26,658 nt of DNA from Candidatus Hadarchaeota archaeon (GTDB lineage: Archaea; Hadarchaeota; Hadarchaeia; Hadarchaeales; Hadarchaeaceae): the NCBI GenBank assembly GCA_040755315.1, contig JBFMBF010000016.1, positions 1 to 26,658 on the forward strand, given 5' to 3'. The notes under the pieces are model-generated. The model was not told where the DNA came from and did no database searches. It saw nothing but the letters and a program-made list of their open reading frames with translations. Position numbers and translations under genes: made by a program. Within the stretch, counting starts at the first letter, position 1, and the number at the start of each line of letters is the position of its first letter. Below, in pieces: positions 18,115 to 26,658 of this stretch.

Positions 18115-18810
18115 CTACTTGCTCGCGAAAGCGCTTACATCTCTCTCTCGATTTATGAACAACATCAAGTAAGGTTTACAATTGCGCTTGCGTTCTTTTA
18201 CTTTGTAGATTTTGTGGTGAATTGAAAATCGGTCTAGCAACCTTCCCACATACTCCATGACTTCAAAATTAGTGTTTTTTGCGCCTATGTAACCATACAC
18301 ATATTTTTCTCTTTTGTGTCCGCCAACATGTCCTTCTCCATCAAAGAATCCTCTGAGGAACTCTTTTGGGTAAGCATCGATTATTGGCTTGTGTGCGTCG
18401 AGCGGCTTCTGCATAAAATTCACGATTGATCGAACAGCTGTTTCGGTACCCCATATTCCCCCACTGTTGTGAATTTTGTATGGTCGCCCCATAACATTTG
18501 AAAGACATCTACCAAATTCCTCGACAAAATCCTTATCCATAGCTTCAAGCTTGAACACTTCTTTGCTTGCAGTACAGTCACTGTAGCGTGCGGCAAGAAG
18601 ATAAGAAAGATTTGGAGAATAGGTTTCATCGAAGACTCCTATAACAACTGGTTTCCTGCCTTCATGTATCCAGCTGTCGATGGTACGCCGATTGACTATT
18701 CCTACTCCCAGTTCTTTCTCAATCTTCCTGCTCCCCCACCCTTTCGTTTCGTGTAATTTGATTGCACGCTCATAGAGATGGAGCGGTGTTGAATACCGCA
18801 TCGATTCCAC
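18115..18810 (-). CDS. Free-standing LAGLIDADG homing-endonuclease-like protein with N-terminal HTH; C-terminus frameshifted
   Basis: Motif 1 is degenerate (LSYLLAARYSDC) and motif 2 is intact (FLRGFFDGEG). AT-richer than its flanks. The expected VGFSIVRKAQKL tail lies in another frame, past the TAG. Confidence 0.85.
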   Translation of the reverse strand: MESMRYSTPLHLYERAIKLHETKGWGSRKIEKELGVGIVNRRTIDSWIHEGRKPVVIGVFDETYSPNLSYLLAARYSDCTASKEVFKLEAMDKDFVEEFGRCLSNVMGRPYKIHNSGGIWGTETAVRSIVNFMQKPLDAHKPIIDAYPKEFLRGFFDGEGHVGGHKREKYVYGYIGAKNTNFEVMEYVGRLLDRFSIHHKIYKVKERKRNCKPYLMLFINRERDVSAFASK

Positions 18811-18866
18811 CGCCCAGCATTTGCGTGAAGGACCTTTATAAGGGGAAAAATATCATCTTCGATTTC

Positions 18867-19817
18867 TTATTCATTCCAGTTTTCACCAACTGAATGCTTG
18901 GGCGATGCAACCTCCCTTAGCGCGATTTTGTCCATATTTTTCGCTGCGGTTATCAGGTAAAGCTCCTCGAAAGAGAACTTCTCCCGCATGATCCTGGCAT
19001 GGAATCCCATCTCCTTCAAAACTTCCAGTGTTTTGAAGATGTTTGAGAGGGAGGACTGCACGAACATCGCCCGGCCGTTCTTTTCCAAGTGGTCTGGCAG
19101 CTCCCGCAAAAATCGGTCTATCACTAACCGCCCGTCAGGCCCCGCCTCCCAGGCGCGGTCAAGCCGCCCGCCAATCTCTTCACCCGGCCCGACAGGGAGG
19201 TAGGGAGGGTTGAACAGGATGAGGTCGAATCTCTCGCCCGCCACAGGTTCGAAAAGATCCCCCAGACGAAAGTCTATGCGGTCAGCCACTCCGTGGGCGG
19301 CGGCATTCCCGCGGGCGCACTCGATGGCAGAGGGGTTGATGTCAGTCGCCACAGTCTTGGCCCCGCCCTTCGCGGCCATAATCGCGAGCATCCCGCAGCC
19401 GGTGCCCAGCTCGAGGACCTTCTCGCCCGCCTGAGTTTCTAGGTTTTTTGCCAGTATCAGGGTGTCGTCAGCCGGCTCGTAAACTTCCGGGTGAACTGAG
19501 AACTTCATATTTTTGTAGAGCACGGCCTTCCCCATGCCGCCCGCCACAGGAGGGAATATTGAAATCACGTCGCCTTCCTCGAGTTTGGTGAGGGGACCGT
19601 CCAATCTGGCTATCAATTGCTCGTTTACAAGGATGCTGAACATTTTTCTCAGGTGCCCAGCTTCGTCGATGACCCTCCCCTGGAACTCCTTGCCCAGCCG
19701 CCCTGCCAGTTTTTTCACAGCGTCCTCGACCGTGGCTCCTTCTGGCACCTCCTCGTGGACAGATTTTTGACCGGCGAGCTCCCGCAGGTTGGAGAACAGC
19801 CTTATTTCCACCTTCAT
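18867..19817 (-). CDS. MoaD/SAMP ubiquitin-like domain fused in frame to a HemK2/PrmC-type N5-glutamine methyltransferase
   Basis: MKVEIRLFSNLRELAG...LEEGDVISIFPPVAGG followed directly by MGKAV...VYEPADDT, VLELGTGCG, FNPPY. Likely start ATG 19817 (track start 19826). Confidence 0.85.
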   Translation of the reverse strand: MKVEIRLFSNLRELAGQKSVHEEVPEGATVEDAVKKLAGRLGKEFQGRVIDEAGHLRKMFSILVNEQLIARLDGPLTKLEEGDVISIFPPVAGGMGKAVLYKNMKFSVHPEVYEPADDTLILAKNLETQAGEKVLELGTGCGMLAIMAAKGGAKTVATDINPSAIECARGNAAAHGVADRIDFRLGDLFEPVAGERFDLILFNPPYLPVGPGEEIGGRLDRAWEAGPDGRLVIDRFLRELPDHLEKNGRAMFVQSSLSNIFKTLEVLKEMGFHARIMREKFSFEELYLITAAKNMDKIALREVASPKHSVGENWNE

Positions 19818-19868
19818 GTTACACATAATGTCTGTTGTGAGTATTTTAGGGGGATTGTTGCGGGGGGT

Positions 19869-21056
19869 TCAGGTCAGGAAAAGCCTCGCGAACTTGACAA
19901 GCCGCATCGCCCCGACCTTTCTCAAGATCCCAGGAGCGTTCTTCATCAGCGCCACGAGAAGCTTTCCGTGGTCGTCGAACGAGAAGTTTTCATCCACCAG
20001 TTTTTTCACATCCTCGTCCCGGAGAAGCTCAACAACAGCGTCAAGGTCATCGTCTGACATCCTCTGGAAGGCCCTTCTGGCCCTCAGCCCCATCTGGACC
20101 TCCATGCCGAACTTTTTCCTCACGCGCGATTCATATTCGGCAAGATTCTTCCAGCTTGGCTCGCCCAAGACTTTGACCGCCACGTCTGATGCAATTTTGG
20201 CGCAAGAGAGGCCGAGGTAAATGCCTCCGCCCGTGAGAGGCTTCACCTGGCCAGCGGCGTCGCCCACGAGGATGACTCCGTCGGCACAAGTCCTTGTGGA
20301 GAAGGGCGGCGGGATTGGGGCGGCGCAGTAGCCAGCTATTTTTGTACTTGGAATTTTGGCTGACATTACAGGATGGTTTTGCATGAAGGACTGGAGGAGT
20401 TTTACCGGGTTTCCCTCAGTTGTGCCCAGCCCGATCCTGGATTTTCCCCCGGCCTTCACGGCCCACCCGAAGAATCCCGGGGCGAATTTTTTGCTAAGGT
20501 AAACCTCGGCCGTGCCGGCCTCGACATCGGCCTTGCACTCCACCTGCGCGCATCTTGTGGCGCCTTTCAAATTTCCGAGCCCGGCGTCTCTTGCGACCAC
20601 CGAGGCAGGGCCGTCGGCGCCGACCACCAGCCTGGCCTTCAGCTCCCCGCCGCCATCCCCCTGAAGCGTGAGAGCATGTTCACGACCGAACTTCACGCCG
20701 GAGCACCTGGTGTTCTGAAGGATGGCGGCGCCGGCTTTCGCGGCCTCCTCGCCGAGCCACCTGTCGAACTTGTGCCTGTCGACGACGAAGGCCTCCAGCC
20801 TCCCCCTGCCAAACTCCGCCGGCTCGCCTGAAGGAGGAAAGAAAACCGCCCGCCTCAGCTTCCCGACCACCCATTTGCCCGGTTTTATCCCGAGCTCTTG
20901 GAGCCCACTGGCGCCCACAATCCCGGCGCAGCAGACATTGCTCCCTATCTCCTCGTGTTCCTCGATGATCACGACCTCGATGCCTTCCTGAGCGAGGCTT
21001 TTCCCGAGGAAGCACCCTGCCGGGCCGCCCCCGACAATCGCCACATCCCACTTCAT
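19869..21056 (-). CDS. Geranylgeranyl reductase family FAD oxidoreductase (DGGGPL reductase-like)
   Basis: DVAIVGGGPAG, VGADGPASVV, APGFFGW and VGDAAGQVKPLTGGGI motifs. Confidence 0.9.
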   Translation of the reverse strand: MKWDVAIVGGGPAGCFLGKSLAQEGIEVVIIEEHEEIGSNVCCAGIVGASGLQELGIKPGKWVVGKLRRAVFFPPSGEPAEFGRGRLEAFVVDRHKFDRWLGEEAAKAGAAILQNTRCSGVKFGREHALTLQGDGGGELKARLVVGADGPASVVARDAGLGNLKGATRCAQVECKADVEAGTAEVYLSKKFAPGFFGWAVKAGGKSRIGLGTTEGNPVKLLQSFMQNHPVMSAKIPSTKIAGYCAAPIPPPFSTRTCADGVILVGDAAGQVKPLTGGGIYLGLSCAKIASDVAVKVLGEPSWKNLAEYESRVRKKFGMEVQMGLRARRAFQRMSDDDLDAVVELLRDEDVKKLVDENFSFDDHGKLLVALMKNAPGILRKVGAMRLVKFARLFLT

Positions 21057-21109
21057 AACAACCCTCAATCTTTTAGGGTGGGTGGAGATAAACCCTAACG
21101 AGTGGTAAG

Positions 21110-21505
21110 ATGCTGGATGTGATTGGATACATCATTGCCGGGGCCCTGCTGGTGTTCATCCCAGGGTTCCTCTTCGCGCTGGTGCTTTACCCGAAGATGG
21201 AGGACATGGACTTCTGGGTTAGGGTTGGCTCAAGCTTTGGTCTGGGCGCGATGGTAATGCTTTACGAGGCTTACGCGATAGCGAGGGTCGGCTCCCTGAC
21301 GATTGGGGCTTTCATAATCGCCGTTGCGGTGACGAGCGGGGCCCTGCTTTTCGGCGTCTACATCCGGAAAGGGGGCGGGGTGGTATCAGCCTACTGGAAA
21401 GCCTTCATCAAGGGAGTCGGAAAAATTTTTTCTATGGTAAGGAAACCGAAGCCCGCACATCCGAGCGTTTCACCCGACTCCTCTAAAGCCGAGGAGAAGG
21501 CCTGA
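21110..21505 (+). CDS. DUF1616-like membrane protein
   Basis: LLVFIPGF..LYPK..DFWVRVGSSFGLG pattern; 3 TM segments. Confidence 0.6.
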   Translation: MLDVIGYIIAGALLVFIPGFLFALVLYPKMEDMDFWVRVGSSFGLGAMVMLYEAYAIARVGSLTIGAFIIAVAVTSGALLFGVYIRKGGGVVSAYWKAFIKGVGKIFSMVRKPKPAHPSVSPDSSKAEEKA

Positions 21506-21861
21506 TGTTCAGGTACAAGCAGGTGATAGTTGTAAGGGGCGACCTCGGGATGAGCCCGGGGAAGATGGCGGTCCAGGTGGCGCACGGTTCTGTGATTTCA
21601 GCTGAAAAAACTAGGAGAGAGCGCCCGGAGTGGTTCAAGGGCTGGCTGGAGGAGGGCCAGAAAAAAGTCGTGGCCGAAGTGGCGGCCGAGAAGGAACTCA
21701 AGAATCTTCAGGAGATGGCTCAGGAGGCAGGCCTCACCGATGGCCTGGTGCAGGACGCCGGACTCACCGAGCTGCCAGCCGGGACTGTGACCGCCCTTGC
21801 GATAGGGCCGGCCCCCGCGGAAAAAGTGGACAAGATAACAGGGAAACTTCCTCTTCTTTGA
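21505..21861 (+). CDS. pth2: Peptidyl-tRNA hydrolase Pth2
   Basis: KQVIVVRGDLGMSPGKMAVQVAH, GQKKVV, DAGLTE and IGP motifs. Confidence 0.96.
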   Translation: MFRYKQVIVVRGDLGMSPGKMAVQVAHGSVISAEKTRRERPEWFKGWLEEGQKKVVAEVAAEKELKNLQEMAQEAGLTDGLVQDAGLTELPAGTVTALAIGPAPAEKVDKITGKLPLL

Positions 21862-21869
21862 GTGGTTTC

Positions 21870-22850
21870 ATGAAGCTGAGCCAGGCCGGGGAAAAAAAGC
21901 TGATAGAAGTCGCGCGGAAGGTATTCAGGAAGGGGCCGAGGGTCAGGATAGGGATTGGCGACGACGCCGCTGTTCTGGACCTGGACGGCGTCGGGCTCGT
22001 GGCAACCACAGACATGCTTGTCTTAAGCACCCACTTCCCGCCAGGCGCCACTCCCGAGGACATGGCGAGGAAGGCCGTAGTCACCAACCTCAGTGACCTG
22101 GCGGCGATGGGGGCGGAGCCCCTCGGGCTGCTCTTCTCGGTGGCTTTGCCGAGGAGGCGGGACATGGCCTTCGTCAAGCGGATGATGCTTGAGATGGACT
22201 CGGTGGCAAAAGAATACGGGACATATGTGGTTGGGGGGGACCTCGACGAAAACGACGAGATAATCATCGCTGGGGTCGCGCTCGGGCAGGTGAAAAAATG
22301 GAAGCCGCTTGCAAGGGCTGGGGCCAAAGCCGGGGACTTGGTCGCGGTGACAGGGAACATCGGCTCGGCATCAGCCGGGTTGAAGATTCTGATGGGAAAA
22401 TTGCCCCGGGGGAGGTTCAAGGCGCTGGTGGACGCCCAGCTCAGGCCGGTCGCGAGGGTCAGGGAGGGCTTGGCGCTGGCGAAAAGCGGCGCGGTCACCT
22501 CGGCCATCGACATCACGGACGGGCTCGCGGCCAACCTATGGCAGCTGGCCCGGGAGAGCGGCGTGAGGATCGAGATCGAGCGGGAGAAAATTCCTGAAGA
22601 CCCTCTTGTGAGCCGCCTGTGCTACCAGCGCGGGTTCAGGCTGGACGACTTCGTGCTTTACGGCGGGGAGGACTTTGAGCTCCTTTTCACGGTGAGGCCC
22701 GGCGGCTGGAGAAAAGTCTCGAACGCCATGCGGAGGCTCGGGACGAAGGCGACGCTTATCGGGAGGGTCTCCGGGGGTGAGGGGGTTTTTGTCTTTGAAA
22801 ACTGGAGGAAGAAGCAGCTGCCGGACAGGGGCTACGAGCACTTCAGATAA
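21870..22850 (+). CDS. thiL: Thiamine-monophosphate kinase
   Basis: GIGDDAA, NLSDLAAMGAEP, GGDL, DITDGL, GGEDFELLFT and GYEHF motifs; ATG at 21870. Confidence 0.96.
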   Translation: MKLSQAGEKKLIEVARKVFRKGPRVRIGIGDDAAVLDLDGVGLVATTDMLVLSTHFPPGATPEDMARKAVVTNLSDLAAMGAEPLGLLFSVALPRRRDMAFVKRMMLEMDSVAKEYGTYVVGGDLDENDEIIIAGVALGQVKKWKPLARAGAKAGDLVAVTGNIGSASAGLKILMGKLPRGRFKALVDAQLRPVARVREGLALAKSGAVTSAIDITDGLAANLWQLARESGVRIEIEREKIPEDPLVSRLCYQRGFRLDDFVLYGGEDFELLFTVRPGGWRKVSNAMRRLGTKATLIGRVSGGEGVFVFENWRKKQLPDRGYEHFR

Positions 22851-22923
22851 TCTGGAACATGCGAACGTTCGCAGTGTCTCGACATGGCACAACGAGTTTC
22901 TGATTTGTCGCGCTTTTCCTGCT

Positions 22924-23619
22924 TCATATAGCCGAGAGCTCCCACCAAACTCCCCCCAGCCCATTTTCAGTCCTGCTAAACTGCTCAACCACCTGCAGAA
23001 TCCGGTAGTTTTCATCGATTCTGTAAAGGCCGGAGAAGAACGAAGCGTTTATTCTTTTCCCTGGAGTGTTGTAATAAATAAGAGACGTGGTTGGGTAGAA
23101 CGACGGGTTGAAATCGCGCAGTGTTATTTTGTCAGCAATACTTGCCGGGACCTCCCACCACAGCTCGATTTGCAAGGTCTCACCTGGATAAATGCGGTCC
23201 ATTTCGCTGAACGAATATTTTGGCCCCCAAAGCGAAGTATTGTATCCCATGCTTGGTATCACAAGCTCTGAGGTTCTAGGAGCCACCAACTGCAGTACGG
23301 TCATGCCACGAATTTCGGTAACGAGCTGGTTATCAACATAAGCATAAAGATTCCAATCCGCATTTTTTATGTAATCCCTATTCAATATTTTGTTGTCGCT
23401 TATAGTCAGGTCTGGAAAATAGATTGTAACGTTCTCCAGCTGCCCGTTGTCCTCAGTTCCTTGAAGGTAAAAGCTCGCCTTAGTGTAGAACCGCACGGTG
23501 CCTCCAGAGTTAATCCACTTCCAAGGTTGGAACACGGCCACGGCGCCAGCTACGGTGGCGGCCATGACCAACACAACTACAAGCTTGGTGAGCGATTTTG
23601 AGTTACTTCTTGACATCAT
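22924..23619 (-). CDS. Hypothetical N-terminally anchored or secreted protein
   Basis: 231-aa ORF with a basic then hydrophobic N-terminus; no family recognised. Confidence 0.7.
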   Translation of the reverse strand: MMSRSNSKSLTKLVVVLVMAATVAGAVAVFQPWKWINSGGTVRFYTKASFYLQGTEDNGQLENVTIYFPDLTISDNKILNRDYIKNADWNLYAYVDNQLVTEIRGMTVLQLVAPRTSELVIPSMGYNTSLWGPKYSFSEMDRIYPGETLQIELWWEVPASIADKITLRDFNPSFYPTTSLIYYNTPGKRINASFFSGLYRIDENYRILQVVEQFSRTENGLGGVWWELSAI

Positions 23620-23631
23620 GTATCCCTGCGT

Positions 23632-24411
23632 CTACTCCCTAATGAGGTTTAGCGCTTTCAAGAAAGTAATGGCGACATTCACGGCTGCTTTCGCCGTTTG
23701 CGTGTTGCCCGCGCTGGAAGATGGCTTTGCTGTAGTAGGTGCAGAGCTAACCGCATTTTTGACCGTATTGACAACGGTTTTTACACCTTCAACAATTTTT
23801 TCAGCCAATGGCTTGACTTTTCCTATCACAGAGTTTAACGTGCGGTTAAAAACCTCCCCAATCCTTCTTGTATCCGGTCCTTTAGTCTTTTCAACCTCCT
23901 GTTTCAACATCGTCTCGTTCTGGTAGTTCGGAATCGTTACGCCGTTGATGGTTATCGCCGGCTTGTTAACGGGCACTACGTACGCCGATGTCATCGTCCC
24001 GGGCTTCGCGGATGGGCCCCCGTCATGCATTGGTCCCATAACATACGTGTAATCCGCTGCCTCCCTGAGTTCCTCGCACACATCTATGGCCGCGCTTCCC
24101 GACCGCGCCACCCCGTCGTGAGTTCCGGTGACAGTAATCGTGTAGCTTCCCGCCCGGGTGGAGCTCGTGGTGTTGATGCTGATCACGCTGAGAGCTTGGC
24201 CGCCTGTCGTGACCCGCAAGCGTGCGGGATAGGAATAGGTCGCGGCGTTTGGCATGCCGGAAACGCCAATCGAGACATCTCCAGAGAAGCCGTTCAGGGA
24301 CCTAATCACTACTGTGAAGCTCTTGAAGCGGTTGACTTCCACGGCCAAAATCCCGCTCCCGTAACTGTCCACCTCCCTCGTCGCCAGCTTCCCGTTTTTG
24401 AACTCCTGCAC
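23632..24411 (-). CDS. Ig-like surface-protein domain plus low-complexity tail; 5' start uncertain
   Basis: SLNGFSGDVSIGVSGMP...AGSYTITVTGT resembles archaeal surface Ig-like repeats. The frame stays open upstream to 24519 without a canonical start. Confidence 0.6.
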   Translation of the reverse strand: MQEFKNGKLATREVDSYGSGILAVEVNRFKSFTVVIRSLNGFSGDVSIGVSGMPNAATYSYPARLRVTTGGQALSVISINTTSSTRAGSYTITVTGTHDGVARSGSAAIDVCEELREAADYTYVMGPMHDGGPSAKPGTMTSAYVVPVNKPAITINGVTIPNYQNETMLKQEVEKTKGPDTRRIGEVFNRTLNSVIGKVKPLAEKIVEGVKTVVNTVKNAVSSAPTTAKPSSSAGNTQTAKAAVNVAITFLKALNLIRE

Positions 24412-24488
24412 CGTTATCCTGTTCAGAATCCTTGCGGAAACGGGCGTGGCGAAAACTAAAAATTTGTGGATAAAGAACGGCGATACAA

Positions 24489-24887
24489 TTAAGACAATTC
24501 GTTGCCGAACACATGGTAGTTAAATCGGTCGGTCTTGGCCTTTTTACGAAAGTAGAATCCAAGATACAGCATAATTATGCTGGAAAATATTCCCAATATG
24601 CCGTCCCTCATTCTGGCTTCTCCCCATAAACCTGGGGATGTTGCACCGATGTAATAAATACCTGCAGAGGCAAGCACGGCAACAATCCACATTCCAAACA
24701 TTAAATTTCCCATCTTACGCCAGAACTGTGCTAGCGTTACGGGTTTAATAGCAGAGTGGGATTTTGCTGCGGGGAGCTTGAATGGAATAGCGACCATTAT
24801 TGGCACACCACAGGTAGGACACGATTTGTTTTCTTGCTTGATTTCTGCCCCGCATTTAGGGCAATAAAGCAGGGTTAACCTCGACAT
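24489..24887 (-). CDS. Zinc-ribbon membrane protein
   Basis: YCPKCG..CPTCG followed by two hydrophobic segments. Confidence 0.7.
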   Translation of the reverse strand: MSRLTLLYCPKCGAEIKQENKSCPTCGVPIMVAIPFKLPAAKSHSAIKPVTLAQFWRKMGNLMFGMWIVAVLASAGIYYIGATSPGLWGEARMRDGILGIFSSIIMLYLGFYFRKKAKTDRFNYHVFGNELS

Positions 24888-26496
24888 ATCCCCAGCGCCT
24901 CTTCAACCACAATACGATGACCACCAATGTGACAATGCCAGCCGATAGCGCGACAATCTGAACTTCATCCAGCGGGAAGTTTTCGACCTGCAGACTAATC
25001 ATCGTTTCATCTGAATACGCGCCGTTTGTGTAAAGAATTCTCGCCCTGACGGTGTTGGTGCCGTTTGGGACGCTCCGAGAGTTCCAGTCGTGGGACCAGT
25101 TGTTTATGTAGCGTGTTGTATTCATGGCATACTCCACTCCCCATGGGTTGTATGCTGTTTCAGTCTGCAACTTCAGCGAGGCGGCGTTCACCCAGCCGCT
25201 TCCCCAGTTCAGCTGGACGGCTTGGACGGCGTCGCCCAAAGCGGTGCCGCTGAGCTTGATGGTGCCAGAGACTTTCTGGCCACTGTTATTTTCGATTGTC
25301 GGAGCCGGGGTGCCGAACGAGTAAAATTTGTATTCCTCGCCAGCCTTGACCCCGCCAGTATACACCTTTTCATTGGAAATAACTGGGTGTGCTTTTCCTA
25401 TGCTTCTCTCCCAAATAACATGACCGTTCTCTGACCACAAAGCAACTAACTTGTAACTGGCTGTAACGAGAACTACGTTGTCGGCAATCGCTGGTGAAAA
25501 ATTGCCAACGTACATTCCTGGGCTATCGTATGTCCAAAGTACCGAACCAGTCTCAAGAGACAGAGCGTAATTTTTTCCGTTTTCGGCAATGCCTCCGATG
25601 TATTGGTAACCTTCACTTCCCCCTCCAATAAACAGTTTGCCAGCGGCCACAGCCGGCGATGAACGAACCGGATAGTCTAAAGTAGAGACCCAGATAACGC
25701 CGCCGTTTTCCACGCTGAGCACATGGACCGCCCACGTTTCTCCGAGCACCTTGCCTGACCCGATATACAACACTCCATTGACAACAGCTGGAGTTGAATC
25801 GATGGTTCCGCCAGTCGAGTAACTCCATTTTAGATTACCATCCGCGGCATTCAAAGCGTAGAGTTTGCCATCCCATGAGCCAATGTATACTGTGTTGTCA
25901 ACTACAGTAGGCGAAGCAGTATAAATCGTGTCGCCAGTTTGGAAGCTCCATATTTCATTGCCGTTTGCCGCGTCAAGCGCGTGAACCTTGCCATCAAACG
26001 AACCTACAAACACTTTTTCACCCACAACCGCTGGGGAAGAGTCGACCGAACCACCAAGCTTTTTGCTCCATACCTCATCTCCGTTTTCGATGTTCAAAGC
26101 GTAAATTATTCGTCCATTCTCCAATCCGCCGTGCTCTGTCCCAAAATAAACTTTCCCCCCAGCGACGGTAGGAGATGAAGTATGTACCCAACCATCAACA
26201 TCACGCTTCCATATCTGCGCCCCGTTATCCGCGTCAAGAGCGAAGAATGCGCCTGCCCAAGAGCCGAAGTACACCATGCCGTCAACCACCGCAGGTGTAT
26301 TTCCAACCGCACCCCCGTTGAAATCCCAAAGCACGTTCGGCGCCATCGGCACTTTCGATGTCGTGTACCCCGTGTGCGCTTGGTCGCGTCGGTACATCGG
26401 CCAGTCCTCTCCAGACGCAATCTCAACCGATACAGCCAGCGCAACCGTCACCACCAGAAAAATTGGCAGTAGTATTTGGAATGTTGGTTTCACCAT
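24856..26496 (-). CDS. PQQ-like (BamB-type) beta-propeller surface protein with Ig-like domain and C-terminal TM anchor
   Basis: Signal peptide, DWPMYRRDQAHTG, repeated SSPAVV..VYxGSxDGxxYALxAxxGxxxW blades, C-terminal TM helix followed by KRR. Likely start ATG 26496 (track start 26565). Confidence 0.85.
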   Translation of the reverse strand: MVKPTFQILLPIFLVVTVALAVSVEIASGEDWPMYRRDQAHTGYTTSKVPMAPNVLWDFNGGAVGNTPAVVDGMVYFGSWAGAFFALDADNGAQIWKRDVDGWVHTSSPTVAGGKVYFGTEHGGLENGRIIYALNIENGDEVWSKKLGGSVDSSPAVVGEKVFVGSFDGKVHALDAANGNEIWSFQTGDTIYTASPTVVDNTVYIGSWDGKLYALNAADGNLKWSYSTGGTIDSTPAVVNGVLYIGSGKVLGETWAVHVLSVENGGVIWVSTLDYPVRSSPAVAAGKLFIGGGSEGYQYIGGIAENGKNYALSLETGSVLWTYDSPGMYVGNFSPAIADNVVLVTASYKLVALWSENGHVIWERSIGKAHPVISNEKVYTGGVKAGEEYKFYSFGTPAPTIENNSGQKVSGTIKLSGTALGDAVQAVQLNWGSGWVNAASLKLQTETAYNPWGVEYAMNTTRYINNWSHDWNSRSVPNGTNTVRARILYTNGAYSDETMISLQVENFPLDEVQIVALSAGIVTLVVIVLWLKRRWGYVEVNPALLP

Positions 26497-26658
26497 ATCA
26501 CTTCCAAAACATTTAAGCAATACAAAACATAGGTTCTCCTCGGAACTCTTGATTCGAGTGTGCACGAATCATCATCTCCCGTTTGAATTGTCGTGCCCTG
26601 CCGAATAAAACTTGTGCGGCCGACGCCACACAAACAATTTTCTGCCCTGTGGAAGATA

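Noticed and set aside
21630..21869. N-terminal extension of thiL
   Set aside because: Out-of-frame overlap with pth2; ThiL homology begins at ATG 21870.
26566..26658. Possible 3' end of a further minus-strand gene
   Set aside because: Too short at the window edge to support a call.

Overview
Archaeal chromosomal window, as shown by Rpo4, eL21, eL41, a proteasome beta subunit, a GHMP-type shikimate kinase, Pth2, a geranylgeranyl reductase, BRE/TATA promoters and GGTGA-type Shine-Dalgarno sites. A Hadarchaeia/Euryarchaeota-like anaerobe is my guess only. Core content: cupin PGI (partial), aroC-aroK-chorismate mutase operon, TSUP transporter, psmB-like subunit, transglutaminase-like surface protein, aconitase X large subunit, tungsten AOR, porGDAB, hxlB, rpl21e-rpo4-DUF655, GGR, pth2 and thiL. 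An AT-richer block of surface-protein genes occupies the right end. The most unusual part is 8.7-11.8 kb. It holds two triplets of a 16-bp palindrome (TGTCAAACGTTTGACA type), a cytochrome b561-like gene broken by an in-frame TGA, and a promoter-preceded ~194-nt sequence that folds by eye into a closed multi-stem RNA I cannot assign to a known family. Other oddities are a ubiquitin-like (MoaD/SAMP)-GG|M-HemK in-frame fusion, an eL41 gene needing a non-AUG (ATC) start, a frameshifted free-standing LAGLIDADG gene, a Thr1-less proteasome beta subunit, and a chorismate mutase-HTH/ACT fusion. All calls come from reading the sequence; no searches or folding programs were run.
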